This document shows positions 26,119 to 45,400 of a stretch of 64,000 bases of DNA, one piece after another. The notes below the pieces were generated by a model, which saw only the letters and a list, made by a program, of their open reading frames with translations, made no database searches and was not told where the DNA came from. Every line of letters begins with the position of its first letter. Position 1 is the stretch's first letter. The DNA is from Macrostomum lignano (lineage: Eukaryota): contig NIVC01001003.1 of the NCBI GenBank assembly GCA_002269645.1, positions 62,001 through 126,000 of the forward strand, written 5' to 3'. The position numbers and the translations under genes were made by a program.

Positions 26119-26834
26119 ATTATATTTATTTCAAAGGCTTATTTGTCTAGTACAAACTCTGAACAATAAAATATAAAAAGACGTCTTACCCAGAAGTCTA
26201 TCAGATTTAATTTCAGTCTATTGTACAAAACGGAATTAAGGCAGATTAACGGTAGGTTCGCAGTATTAAGATTTTGTAACAGAAACTGCTCGGTCAAAAG
26301 AATTCTGTAATAGCAAGTGGCGGCGCACAGAAAATGCGGAGGAGGCGCCGAGTGAGAGGCCGAATAAATATTGGAGCCTTACAGGTCTGCGCGAAACTAA
26401 TGGCCAGTCGGGCAAGAGGGAAAGGGCATGGGCAGGTTCAAGAAAGTTGCTGGGAACTGTTAGCCGAAAAACAAGAACCTGAACCCGTTGTCAGTCAGAG
26501 CGCTTGGGAAAAGTTCCCCTCGATCACAAAATATCTCTTTCTGATATAGTGCATCTGCCGAACCCCCCGCTGGTAGAAGAAAAGAGTGTACGAGCGTATT
26601 TTGGATCTAAGCCAGAGCTACTGACTGAAGAGCGCACTCGAGGGTGCAACAGAAATAACTTTGACTTACACTTTTAACCTCCCACCCCCCGCCTCTCGAA
26701 CACCGTGCCTGTCTTAAGCGATGAATTCTAAGATAACAAATAATTACAGTATAGTTTAGTTGGTGAAGTGAAGTGCACACGCTGGATATGATTGTTACTG
26801 CACAGTGTTCAAATAAAATCTAGCATTCTAGCAT

Positions 26835-27580
26835 CCATCTTAAACCTGACATCATAATTTATCTCACACCTGACATCACTATCTATCTCACACCTGACAT
26901 CATTATCTATCTCACACCTGACATCACTATCTATCTCACACCTGACATCACTATCTATCTCACACCTGACATCACTATCTATCTCACACCTGACATCACT
27001 ATCTATCTCACACCTGACATTATTATCTATCCCACACCTGACATAATTATCTATCTCATACCTGACATTATTATCTATCTCATACCTGACATCACTATCT
27101 ACCTCACACCTGACATCATTATCTATCTCACACCTGACATAATTATCTATCTCACACCTGACATCATTATCTATCTCACACCTGACATCATTATCCATCT
27201 CACACCTGACATCATTATCCATCTCACACCTGACATCATTATCTATCTCACACCTGACATAATTATCTATCTCACACCTGACATCATTATCCATCTCACA
27301 CCTGACATCATTATCCATCTCACACCTGACATCATTATCTATCTCACACCTGACATCATTATCTATCTTAAACCTGACATCATTATCTCACACCTGACAT
27401 CATCATCTATCTTTAACCTGACATCATAATTTACTTCACACCTGACACCATTATCTATGATCTACCTGACATTATTATCTATCCCACACCTGACATAATT
27501 ATCTATCTCACACCTGACATCACTATCTACCTCACACCTGACATTATTATCTATCTCATACCTGACATTATTATCTATTC
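26835..27580. repeat. 24-bp minisatellite
   Basis: Unit CACACCTGACATCATTATCTATCT. Confidence 0.93.
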
Positions 27581-28261
27581 TTTACCTAGAACTAAATGTT
27601 CACTCTTACAAAAGAATAAAACTACAAATACAAAAAATAAAAAGGCATAATTATGAATTTATTATAAAGAAATTAGCGAGCAAACTCATTATAATACTAG
27701 TAGTAATAAAACAGTTAGTATAAAAATCTAGCCATACAAAGCATATTATAAGCGCAATACTAGCTGAACAAATTTATCATGTAAAACAGTAACATACTGT
27801 ACTAATTTCAGCATAATAAGTATAATCATAATATTGCCTAACAAAATCTACAGGTTTATCGCCACTTCACTTTTTCAAATCGCTTAAGAAATTAATCATA
27901 AAAATAGATGTAGGTAAAAAGCTTCAATCTACAGTAATAATAATAATAGCATTCTGGATAATCCAAACAAACAACCCCAGAAAGGCCCATAAGCCCTTGA
28001 TCTAGATAATATTCAGAATTTTGAAGCATCCTGTGTGACCTCGCAGGCCCAAAAAGCGAATGCAAAGTCTAAAATAGGAGACACGATAGCAACAGCTGCT
28101 CCCAAAGCTTTCGCCTGTCAAAAATAGAACTGGAAAAAAGTTACACTGAGCAAAACTGGTCGGGAGGGGGGCGTCACTGTCCAAGCAGTTCCATAGAACT
28201 TTTTAATTGCACTGCAATAGTTTGCCAGGGATTAGAAAGGAATCCGGGTGCACTGGTGCCA

Positions 28262-28772
28262 GGAGAATCGCCCCTAGCTGGTTAATTGAGAATCGCCCCT
28301 AGCTGGTTAATTGAGAATCGCCCCTAGCTGGTTAATTGAGAATCGCCCCTAGCCGGCATTGAGAATCGCCCCTAGCCGGCATTGAGAATCGCCCCTAGCC
28401 GGCATTGAGAATCGCCACTAGCCGGCATTGAGAATCGCCCCTAGCCGGCATAGAGAATCGCCCCTAGCCGGCATTGAGAATCGCCCCTAGCCGGCATTGA
28501 GAATCGCCCCTAGCCGGCATTGAGAATCGCCCCTAGCCGGCATTGAGAATCGCCCCTAGCCGGCATTGAGAATCGCCCCTAGACGGCATTGAGAATCGCC
28601 CCTAGCCGGCATAGAGAATCGCCCCTAGCCGGCATAGAGAATCGCCCCTAGCCGGCATTGAGAATCGCCCCTAGCCGGCATTGAGAATCGCCCCTAGCCG
28701 GCATTGAGAATCGCCCCTAGCCGGCATTGAGAATCGCCCCTAGCCGGCATAGAGAATCGCCCCTAGCCGGAA
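28262..28772. repeat. 23-bp minisatellite immediately 3' of the msrB stop codon
   Basis: Unit GAGAATCGCCCCTAGCCGGCATT. Confidence 0.95.
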
Positions 28773-28782
28773 TTGAGCCCAG

Positions 28783-29208
28783 TCATTTTCCCTCGGCAGG
28801 CTTGAACCTGAGGCACACGCTGTTAATGCAGTACCTCTCCCCAGTTGGCGCTGGCCCGTCCTCAAACACGTGACCCAGATGGGCGTCGCAGGACCGGCAC
28901 ACGACCTCAGTCCTCTGCATGCCGTGCGATCCGTCATCCCGCCGTTCTATTGGCCCGTCGGGCAGCTCAGCGGAGAAGGCGGGCCAGCCGCAGCCGGAGT
29001 TGAACTTAGCATCGGAAGAGAACAGCGGCTTTGAGCAGCAGACGCATTCGTACGTGCCCGGCTTAAAATGCTTGTCGTATTGACCGGAGTAGGCCGGCTC
29101 CGTGCCGCGTTGCCTAGCAACCCGATACGCTTCCGGCGATAATTGTTGCCGCCATTCGGCGTCAGTCTTCTGCTTTGGATCGCTGCTTTTGCTTTCGGAA
29201 GAGGACAT
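28783..29208 (-). CDS. msrB: Peptide methionine-R-sulfoxide reductase MsrB, Zn-binding, Cys-type, intronless
   Basis: 141 aa with GTE, CVCC and CRSC Zn ligands, GCGWPAF (resolving Cys), HLGHVF and RYCINS (catalytic Cys). Confidence 0.95.
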   Translation of the reverse strand: MSSSESKSSDPKQKTDAEWRQQLSPEAYRVARQRGTEPAYSGQYDKHFKPGTYECVCCSKPLFSSDAKFNSGCGWPAFSAELPDGPIERRDDGSHGMQRTEVVCRSCDAHLGHVFEDGPAPTGERYCINSVCLRFKPAEGK

Positions 29209-30089
29209 ATTTTGTAGCTAAGCAGAAATCGAAATATTTTGATATGGGTAAACGGCGAGAGTAACAATTAATACAATCAGATAGACAAGAGCTTCGCCAG
29301 CTTATCAGACAAAAGTACTACAAATTTGATGGAACAAGAGTTTCTATTCAGGGTAAACAGCGGGAGCAACTATAACTGCAATTAGATAGTCAAGTGCTTC
29401 GGCATATAAAGAGTATCAGACAAGAATTTTTTGATGTCAGGGATAAATTTTTCCCAGGGATACTCGCTATCAAATCACAAATCACGGCTGGGTAAACAGC
29501 ATACAGTTCACTGACTACCCCTGTATCTAGAAAATGATAAATTAATCGAAAAAAACCAAAAAAGATGCTCCTAAGAGATGCACAAACTACACCAACATAT
29601 ATTTAAAGACAGTTATAAACACGAATTAGGACACGAAAAAATTAGCTCGTAAATTAACAAATGCAGCTACTCGGCAGTAGCATGAACAGATTTTTTCACT
29701 ACTAATTTCGACAATTACTAGAAAAAATATGTGAACACGCATAAATGTGAAATTAGTGCAATCGTGTTTCTTTTTTAGTTGGCAAAGGAAGCTTAATGCA
29801 CAAAGGTTACAAATGCTTATTGAATGTGTTGCTGATTGTAGCAAAACAAAGTTAAAATGCAACTCGGAAATTATATGAAAGTAATAGTAAAAAGATATTT
29901 GTCCTTACCGAACATCCAAAAAGTAATTCATTTTCGACGTACAATGACACAAAATACAAAAAGGAAAATTCCATACTGTATATAAAAATCAGGACTAATT
30001 AGCGACAAAACAACTCGCAACAAAAACAATATATAGCTGTTTATGAATCAACGAATAAAATTTGACAGTATTTTCCATTTCGGTTTGTC

Positions 30090-30640
30090 TTAGATCTAGC
30101 CGCCGCTATCATTATCAATACTGGCTAGTCTTTGATCTAGCCACCCCTATCATTATCAATCTGGCTAGTCTTTGATCTAGCCGCCGCTATCATCATCAAT
30201 ACTGGCTAGTCTTTGATCTAGCCGCCGCCATCGCTATCAATACTAGCTAGTATTTTGATCTAGCCGCCGCTATCACTATCAATACTGGCTAGTCTTTGAT
30301 CTAGCCGCCCCTATCATTATCAATCTGGCTAGTCTTTGATCTAGCCGCTGCTGTCACTATCAATAGTGGCTAGTCCTTGATCTAGCCGCCCCTTTTATTA
30401 TCAATACTGGCTAGTCTTTGATCTAGCCGCTGCTGTCACTATCAATAGCGGCTAGTCCTTGATCTAGCCGCCCCTTTTATTATCAATACTGGCTAGTCTT
30501 TGATCTAGCCGCTGCTGTCACTATCAATACTGGCTAGTCTTTGATCTAGCCGCCCCTTTTATTATCACTACTGGCTAGTCTTTGATCTAGCCGCCCCTAT
30601 AATTATCAATACTGGCTAGTCTTTGATCTAGCCGCTACTA
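30090..30640. repeat. 40-41-bp minisatellite
   Basis: Unit TAGTCTTTGATCTAGCCGCCCCTATCATTATCAATACTGGC. Confidence 0.93.
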
Positions 30641-30763
30641 CTACCATAAAATCTGCCTTTAATCTCACGGCTGCTACCATTAACTCACAAAAGGACAATC
30701 CGCGATTACAATTTAAAGTACATTCAAAACTGCCAGAGTTTATAAACTCCATGCAACTCAGAG

Positions 30764-37876
<7,113 letters not shown>

Positions 37877-38329
37877 TCTTTAACTGTATTAATAATTGCA
37901 GCAAATTATTAAAATTTAATGATATTACAGAAAACTGATTTAAATAACTGCAAACAGAAACTGGCAGACCTACAAAAGTAACATTAAAAAGTGCGAGATC
38001 AAAGTCCAGATAAAATGCTTCGATTTACTGCATTGCTGCTAAATATTTATATTTTAACAGATACTTGTAACGTGGCCACGTAGAGAAGACATGAATGTTT
38101 ATAAAGCAACATGTGTGTCCGCGTTTTTCTTACCAGCTAGGCTACTACAGTATGTATCTTCACGCAATTGAAAATGCTTGCAAGGAAACTTCAAGTAATT
38201 AAATCGCATTAATCACCGTAAAACTGCTGCAATGATGGCAAATCTGATGACAAGTTGCTACTACTATTAGAATTGAAGGCTATAAAAAGCATCTCATTCT
38301 TCATCCAAGCCAAGGAAGCAAACTAAGGA

Positions 38330-38845
38330 TACCGGTAATCTCACCCTCTGTATTGGATAACCTCACTCGATTCTGTATATTTGATAATCTCAGCCTGGAC
38401 ATCCTCCTGTATCGGGTAATCCCATTCTATAAATAAAATAATCCAATCCAGTACACCGGACAATCTCACCCTGTATACCGGAAAATCTCACCCTGTATAC
38501 CTGATAATCTCACCCTGTATACCGGATAATTTCACCCTGTACAGCGGATGATCTCACCCTGTACATCGGATAATCGCACCCTGTATATCGGATAATCTCA
38601 CCCTATAAATCGATCAAATAGTCTCACCCTGTACATCGGATAATCTCACCCTGTATATCAGAAAATCTCACCCTACAAATCGAATAGTCTCACCCTGTAC
38701 ATCGGATAATCTCACCCTGTATATCAGAAAATCTCACCCTACAAATCGAATAGTCTCACCCTGTACATCGGATAATCTCACCCTGTACATCGGATAATCT
38801 CACCCTATAAACCGAATAGTCTCACACTGTATATCGGAAAACAAA
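38330..38845. repeat. ~20-bp degenerate minisatellite downstream of DCAF17
   Basis: Recurrent ATCTCACCCTGTA..GGATA. Confidence 0.85.
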
Positions 38846-38995
38846 GCTATCAAAATCCCACTGTCTATCAAAGTCAGTCAACCATAATAACCTTCACTCT
38901 ACTGCTGTTTATATTAAAGGCAGATAATTTCCAAGAAAGTAAAATTTGGCAGACGAGAATAGCGAACAAAAGAAAATAAAACAAAGTACAAATCG

Positions 38996-41611
38996 CTACA
39001 ACAGACAGGCCAGCGCGTGCCTATAAGCCTGGCACCGATAGCTGGCAGACACCAGCACCAGGTCCCGATCGACGCACAGATTCAATTGATCATGCTCGCG
39101 CCATCGAAACTTCGAACCCAATTGTAAACTGGCCAATAACTGGTGACTTTTACTATCGAACAGGTGTACGCTGCCTTCAAAGCACTCTCTGCCGGGATGG
39201 TACTGTCCGCACAGAATAGCCAGCACGCCTAATTCGTCTTCGTAGTCAACACAATGAACGAGCGAGGATTAAAAAAGAATCCATCGTTGTGGGCCTCCCG
39301 ATGCCGCTGTCGGACCAGCCGGCCAGATCGAGTGGCAGCTTCGCCAGACCGAATCTGCTGCTCCATCTCGGCCTCGAATTGAAATTCGGTTACTAAGCAA
39401 TCTTCTGTAGCTTTCAATACGCTGACAGAGTGCAGCTGAGTCAGTATGATCCTGCCAGACTCGTCTGGGTGAAATGCAACTAGGCGATTAGTGTCGGAAT
39501 CGGCGTGCTCTGGAACGGTCAGTTCGAGTCGCTTGGTAGCATTTGGGCCAGTTTTAACTAGCGGCTCAATCAAGAACAGGCCGGTATTGCCGTTGCTTCT
39601 GCTGCTACTATTGGCTGCTTTTAGTAGCAAATTATTATTACTATAGCTACAAACAGGCGGCGAATACAGTACATGCCAAGGCGATTTGCCGAATTCGGCT
39701 TCGCTCTGATCGCAGTCCAGCTCAAACAGGCAGGGAGGCAGGCGGCTCACAAGATAGCGAGTCACTCTGAGCTGGCCATTGTCTAATTCAAATGGCGCCA
39801 AGCCATCCAGCACAGTAGCCTCGGACAGGATCTGGTCCATATTGTACATGCGCACAGACCTGCCCGAACAGTGCACTATTAGTGCGCCTTGAACGGCCCG
39901 AATGTTTTTAGTGCCGCGAGGCGCCGCCGACGCTAAGACGCTGATTAAAGTGCCGAAGGCCAGAGCCGGAACGTCTAGGATAAGAAAGCTTTTAATGATG
40001 CTTTGCTGCCGTTGCTGCTGCTGCTGAGAGCATAGCGTGGAGTCCAGCACAACAGAATAGCCGGCATCGTACCAGTCTAGGGCCACGAATCTGCAAATTT
40101 ATGAGCTTTATTAGACTGTTCATTTTCATATGCATAAAACTATCATTCTAAAATAAATTAGCAAGTTCTCCTTCTAAGCTTTCCTTAATATTAAATCTTC
40201 ACCCCTTAAAATCACTTTCAAATAAATCACCCCCTTCCATGAAAATCCCCTTTATGTTTCCTTTTCAAAGAGATATTCCATTAAGCTTATCTTTCATAGA
40301 AATATCCCTCTTAAGCTTCCCCTTTCATAGAAATCCTCCTTCTTTGCGCTTTCCCTTCCATAGAAATGTCCCATTAAGCTTTCCCTTTCATAGAAAAATC
40401 CTATTAAGCTTTCCCTTTCATGGAAAAATCCTATTAAGCTTCCCCTTTCATAGAAAAATGCTATTAAGCTTCCCCTTTCATAGAAAAATCCTATTAAGCT
40501 TCCCCTTTCATAGAAAAATCCTATTAAGCTTTCCCTTTCATAGAAAAATCCTATTAAGCTTCCCCTTTCATAGAAAAATCATATTAAGCTTCCCCTTTCA
40601 TAGAAAAATCCTATTAAGCTTCCCCTTTCATAGAAAAATCCTATTAAGCTTTCCCTTTCATAGAAAATTCCTATTAAGCTTACCCTTTCATAGAAAAATC
40701 CTATTAAGCTTTCCCTTTCATATAAAATCCTATTAAGCTTCCCCTTTCATAGAAAAATCCTATTAAGCTTTCCCTTTCATAGAAATCCTCCCCTTGCGCT
40801 TCCCCTTCCATAGAAATGTCCCATTAAGCTTCCCCTTTCATAGAAAAATCCCATTAATCTTCCCCTTTCATCCCACCCTTCAGCCTCCCCTTTCTCAGAA
40901 ATCCCACTTTTCAGCCTCCCCTTTCATATAAATCCCACCCCTCAGCCTCTCATTCAATAGAAATCTCCCCAAGGATTCCCCTTAATAGGAATATGCCATA
41001 TGCCATGGACAAACAACAGTATCAAGCTGCACTACCGCAACCACTCACTTAATCCCTGTCCTACTAAACGACACCATCCGATCCAGCTGCAGTTGATCAG
41101 CCCAGGTGAGGCACAGCTGCAACAGGCAGTTATTTCGACTCAAAGTCAGCACGGCGGCAGAGTGGCCGCAGGCGGCCCTGTCTGGCACAGAGTAGTACAC
41201 GGTCTCGCCAGACCGGGTGGACACCATCCCTTGGCGCTGAGTGATACTGGCAGCGCCTAATCCGCCAAGGCGACGCAAAGCCAGACGACCTTGTCGCCGT
41301 TCAACAGAGCAGACTCTGACGCCGCCGTGCGGGAACACTAGGCGAGACATGAACAGCAGGGGCCGCTCTTTGTCCGAGTACAATAGTACACGACTCTGAT
41401 CAGCGGACTCCTGCTCAGCATTGTCGCACGCATGATTCCTATCCTTACTATGCAATCGGGTAGTATACAATAGTTTAATTAATTGACAACCATAATAATT
41501 GCCAATATTCCAATTGCGATAGCGGCAACCGCGGCCTCTGCGCCATTCTTCAATTAGTTTAACAGCATTGATTGGCCTCGCTGATAATGGAGGACGCTTC
41601 TGATTGGCTGA
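38996..41611 (-). CDS. DCAF17: DDB1- and CUL4-associated factor 17; 2 exons, one apparent frameshift, no in-frame AUG near the 5' end
   Basis: Exon 41611-41049 (GTGAGT donor) joins exon 40090 onward in phase 2. FHPDESGRII, ATRSGRLVRQ, VDYEDEL and DRDLVL match human DCAF17 FHPDASGRII, TASGRVVKK, VDYEDEL and DRDLVL. The frame changes near 39250-39270. Confidence 0.85.
40230..40990. repeat. 30-bp minisatellite in the DCAF17 intron
   Basis: Unit TTCCCCTTTCATAGAAAAATCCTATTAAGC. Confidence 0.93.
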
Positions 41612-41625
41612 CTGAAAATCATTTT
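41612..41625 (-). promoter_or_regulatory. Unpaired 3' splice acceptor TTTTCAG, in phase 0 with the DCAF17 ORF (candidate trans-splice site)
   Basis: The minus strand reads TAA AAT GAT TTT CAG|TCA GCC AAT..., then stays open with no in-frame ATG until well inside the conserved region. Confidence 0.55.
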
Positions 41626-42131
41626 AACATAGCCTTTGGTCAATGTCTAGGATCTGGGACTATTGCCCCCTTTGGCACTATATTTGGTGAGACTATTAAG
41701 TATATCAATTTCATTTCTTAACTTTTTTAGAAACAAAAACTTTATAGCATGTCTCTGCTTTTAATAGAATGGAAACAAAAACTTTCTAGCATGTCTCTGC
41801 TTTTAATAGAATGACTCTTTTAACTTTCAACATTTCAATTTTTTTGGGCAAAATTCTCATAAAACTCATAATTATGTATTATTCTAACTTTGCATCTTCA
41901 AATGTTTGATTTGTCTTATATAGGTTTTTCTAAGGTTTTATAAGAGTGCACAGTCACAGAAAGTATATAAATGCTTCATAGATTTCCCCAAATAATCTTT
42001 TTGACTATGGGATATAACCAAATATTCTACTAATAGCTACATATTTCAATAACCAATCAATGAAATAAGGTTATGTAAGGTTATATAAGTGCTATAATGA
42101 CTGTTGGAGAGAATTACTGAAATGTCAATGC

Positions 42132-42157
42132 TTAGGGTTAGGCTAGGGTTAGGGTTA
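42132..42157 (+). repeat. Short interstitial TTAGGG-like tract
   Basis: TTAGGGTTAGGCTAGGGTTAGGGTTAG inside the decayed transposon block. Confidence 0.7.
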
Positions 42158-44239
42158 GAAGGTTGACAAATTTTTTAAGATTGCAAGGCTTATGGGGCAT
42201 TGCTAAGATGTCAAGGGGGTTGATATGCTAAGGCTTGTGGGGGGATTTTCTGACATGTCAAGGCTTACAAGGTATAATGCAAAGAGACGCTTGCATGTAG
42301 TTTATTAAAAAAACTTGTACTGCATTTTTTTGGCTCCCCAACGGGGGGCGCTGATTGCTAGTAAGCCTATCTATCAATAATAACCATATGGCCAATCATA
42401 TAATATATATTAGAACAAAAAATGAAGGCTTAAACTAATTGTTTACTACTATGCTAGATTTCAGTAAAAAATGGCTTAATTTGTATCAAAGTTAACCAAT
42501 TTATGTACATATATTATACTTATATACCCTAAGAAATAACATTAAACAAACTATTAAATTATATTTATAAGAATATATACTTAACCTACATGTAATTAAA
42601 ATATCAAATTTTCATATATAGTATAAAGTATATCTAATACTAATAACAATTAGTTTAGCTCTATAGGAGCTTTTAGAGTTCTAATTTATAATAATTTATG
42701 ATCATTATAGATCAAATAACTTAAACATAATGCTGAAACAGATAATGCATTATACATACCAAAATGAATACCACTTTTGACCCTTTTGCAGTATACAGCT
42801 TAAGTGTGCCAGATGCCTACACTAATTAATACACACAGGACTAGGGGAAATATTGTAGAGAACAGTTAATCATATCCTAATGCACTGCTTAAAGTAACAT
42901 CTAAAAAAATCAATTTAAACTTGCAATCTATTGTTAGAATAAGTCATAATGAGTCATCTATTTTTAGAAATCTATTTTAGAATGAGTCATATACAAACAG
43001 AAGTGACTCAGAGCCCTATGTAGGACCAACATTTATTTGATCAAGGAACTGGTTCCCAGGAGTTGTTTTTGCTTAATTCCATATATGGTAATGACCAAAC
43101 ATTCATGACCCCTTAAACATGTGTGACCTAAATAAATAACTGATTTTACTTGTAAACCAGTTTTTTACCAAAATTTTATATTAAATAAAAGCAAAAATCT
43201 GAGTAAAAAATTCAGACTTGGAGCAATCTTAAGGAAGACTTTGGAAGACATTAACAAAGAAGACCTATCTCTGAGAGACAAAATCTAGACTGATTGGTAA
43301 GCATTTGCCAGATTTAGTTCTTTGTTATAGCACTAATAAGTTGATTAATTGAGTTTACAAGAGCCACTTATTGTTGACACATTTGAAAAAGGCCTCCATG
43401 TTTCTAGAGGATTTATTGATTTGATTTGAGTTACAAAGATGTAACAAAAAAGACACCCTTAGGAAGACCTATTACAGATACTTAGAGAATTCAATTGTTC
43501 ATTAGGGTGCACATTCTATTATTAACTCCAAGCTTGAGGACTGTCGAGAATTCTGATTTGTTTTCATTTTGGTCAACCCACAAATAAAGTTAAGGACTTC
43601 AAGAGACAGCAGCTACTCATTGAAACTGGCTGCCATCATTGCTCAACAAGCTAGCTAGCCTTAAAACCAACAAGACTCCAAAAACTACCAACTATAAAAG
43701 GATCCACTGCAGTAAGAGTTATTTGATTTTGCAATTTGCATATACCAAGGCACTTGTTCCCCAGTGTTTAGAAGTAGGAGTTTGAAGTGACTGATCACCA
43801 CTCTTAAACTTTTTCAATATCCTTTGGTAAACTTGAGATAAGTCAAGCCTTAGCTCCACCTCTCCTTTACTTGCTGCTATGCTACACTTCTTTATGCTAT
43901 ATTGCACCTGATTATTGCACATTTCTTTGGGGTTTGGCTTTTTTTAGCTTATTATAAGATATTGAATATTATTATATAAAATTGTTAAGTAATGATACAT
44001 TGAATATATGCAAACTAATTTATCAATAAATCAAAATTATTTACATATTTGTTTATATAGTGAGCCAATGCTCATTTAGGTTTGTTTTTTTATTGCATGT
44101 TTTATAATATTTAAATGACTAATTAAAGCATAGGGACTTCTAACATTAGTTACCTTATAAATGCCTTGTTTTCTCTTCAATATCTATCAAATGGACAAGT
44201 ATTTTTCAATTGCCATTGTATAATGGCTTTCCAATTTGT

Positions 44240-45400
44240 AGAAGGAAAGTATGGTTCATAGCTACTATTGTATAATAAGCATCTATATAAAATTAATAAA
44301 CTAAGAGTATCTTGTATGCTGCTATACTATTTGTAGTGCCAAAACACAATTAGAAGGTGGAATTATAACAATAAGTGGATAGCACAACTATAGTCAGAGA
44401 CTGATTAAAGAATAAATATGATGGCTTTGAAGTATAGGCTCTATAGTTTTAATATCAATCAACCATCAAAGCAGCTACACACATTGTTTGATGAAGTATC
44501 TAGTAGATATCTAGCTAAAATTTTGATTGGCTTTCTACAGGTAGAATAGTGCATATGGCACTCTAGAGGCTCTATGCAACCAGGATTTCTAACATCAATT
44601 GATGAAGCCATTGAGTTGCTTGAAACAGAAGGCCACTTGCAGTACTATGGAATAAAGATGCCAAGAAAGTATACTAAGGCAGTATCTAGGCAACTAGCAA
44701 TTTTTGCTCGTCTAGATTTGCTAGTTAGATTGGAAAGAAAGGGGCAAGTCTTCATTGATAGAACATTCTATGTAGTTTTGTAACCTTTTTATCAACTTGT
44801 CACCACTGGTATAACCAAACAAGGTTGCTTTTTTCTGACCTTTTCCTACCTCTTCCTGATAATAGGCAAGTCAAAGGCAATTTATCATTTGGTATAAACA
44901 AAGCTTTAGCAGCTATGCCCATTGTTTCAGCTACTAGAAATTATGGTCAACTTTAAGATTATATTGCGCAATTCATTTTCTAAGACCTTTGCAGAAGCTA
45001 ACTATATTTGGTTGACAATGTCACTTCTCTTAGGCCATCTTGACAAAGCTTAAAAAGCTAGGCCTTTGGGCTAACATGCTGTGCATTACTGATATCTAGC
45101 ATTATACCCACCTACTTATGTGCTTACCATTGTTACTAGTTGTGAGCTATATAGATAGGCTATAATAATCTTTTTGGCCATATAAAATGTACTTATTTGT
45201 TTATATACCTAACAGTGTCTTATTGGGGTCTCTATTTAATTGATGGCTATAGATAATTGGGCATAACCCCTAGTTTCTTACATTCAACTATTTTTGATGG
45301 TAAAAACCAACATAATAGACTAAAACAAGTTAGTCAATAGCAGTCAAAAGTCAAGAGGCCATTTTAAATTGCCTCTGGTTTGATAGATCAAAAGTTTCAA
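44240..45400 (+). pseudogene. Decayed FLYWCH-type MULE (Mutator-like) transposase
   Basis: One frame over 44421-45140 reads FDEVSSRY..VFIDRTFYVVL*PFYQLVT..GKSKAIY..LCP..IMVNFK..L*AILTKLKKLGL, matching MULE core motifs (FxDGTF..PFYQL..KS...Y..DFE..QAI..K..LGL). An upstream C..C..G*HN segment resembles FLYWCH. Outer limits are approximate. Confidence 0.8.

Noticed and set aside
26615-26680. Hammerhead-like CTGAAGA with a GCAC/GTGC hairpin
   Set aside because: The hairpin is not adjacent to GAAA and there is no convincing stem I or III.
28783-29208. Selenoprotein MsrB1
   Set aside because: The catalytic residue is TGC (Cys), there is no in-frame TGA, and the sequence is not of the short MsrB1 type.
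39255-39280. Programmed ribosomal frameshift on the T-run in DCAF17
   Set aside because: There is no X XXY YYZ heptamer in frame, and the shifted frame has TAA immediately after the run.
41410-41546. Alternative DCAF17 starts: ATG 41546 with a 40-43-nt intron, or a GIMRA peptide in another frame resembling human GILRA
   Set aside because: The donors (GTTGTC, GTCAAT) are weak, the GIMRA frame has no usable junction, and the main frame is already open to 41611. Kept only as fallback models.
42132-42157. Telomere or chromosome-fusion scar
   Set aside because: Only ~4 imperfect units in one orientation; such tracts are common inside transposon subtermini.
42700-43900. Possible second decayed coding region upstream of the MULE transposase
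   Set aside because: It looks like mutated coding sequence, but no motif could be assigned by eye.
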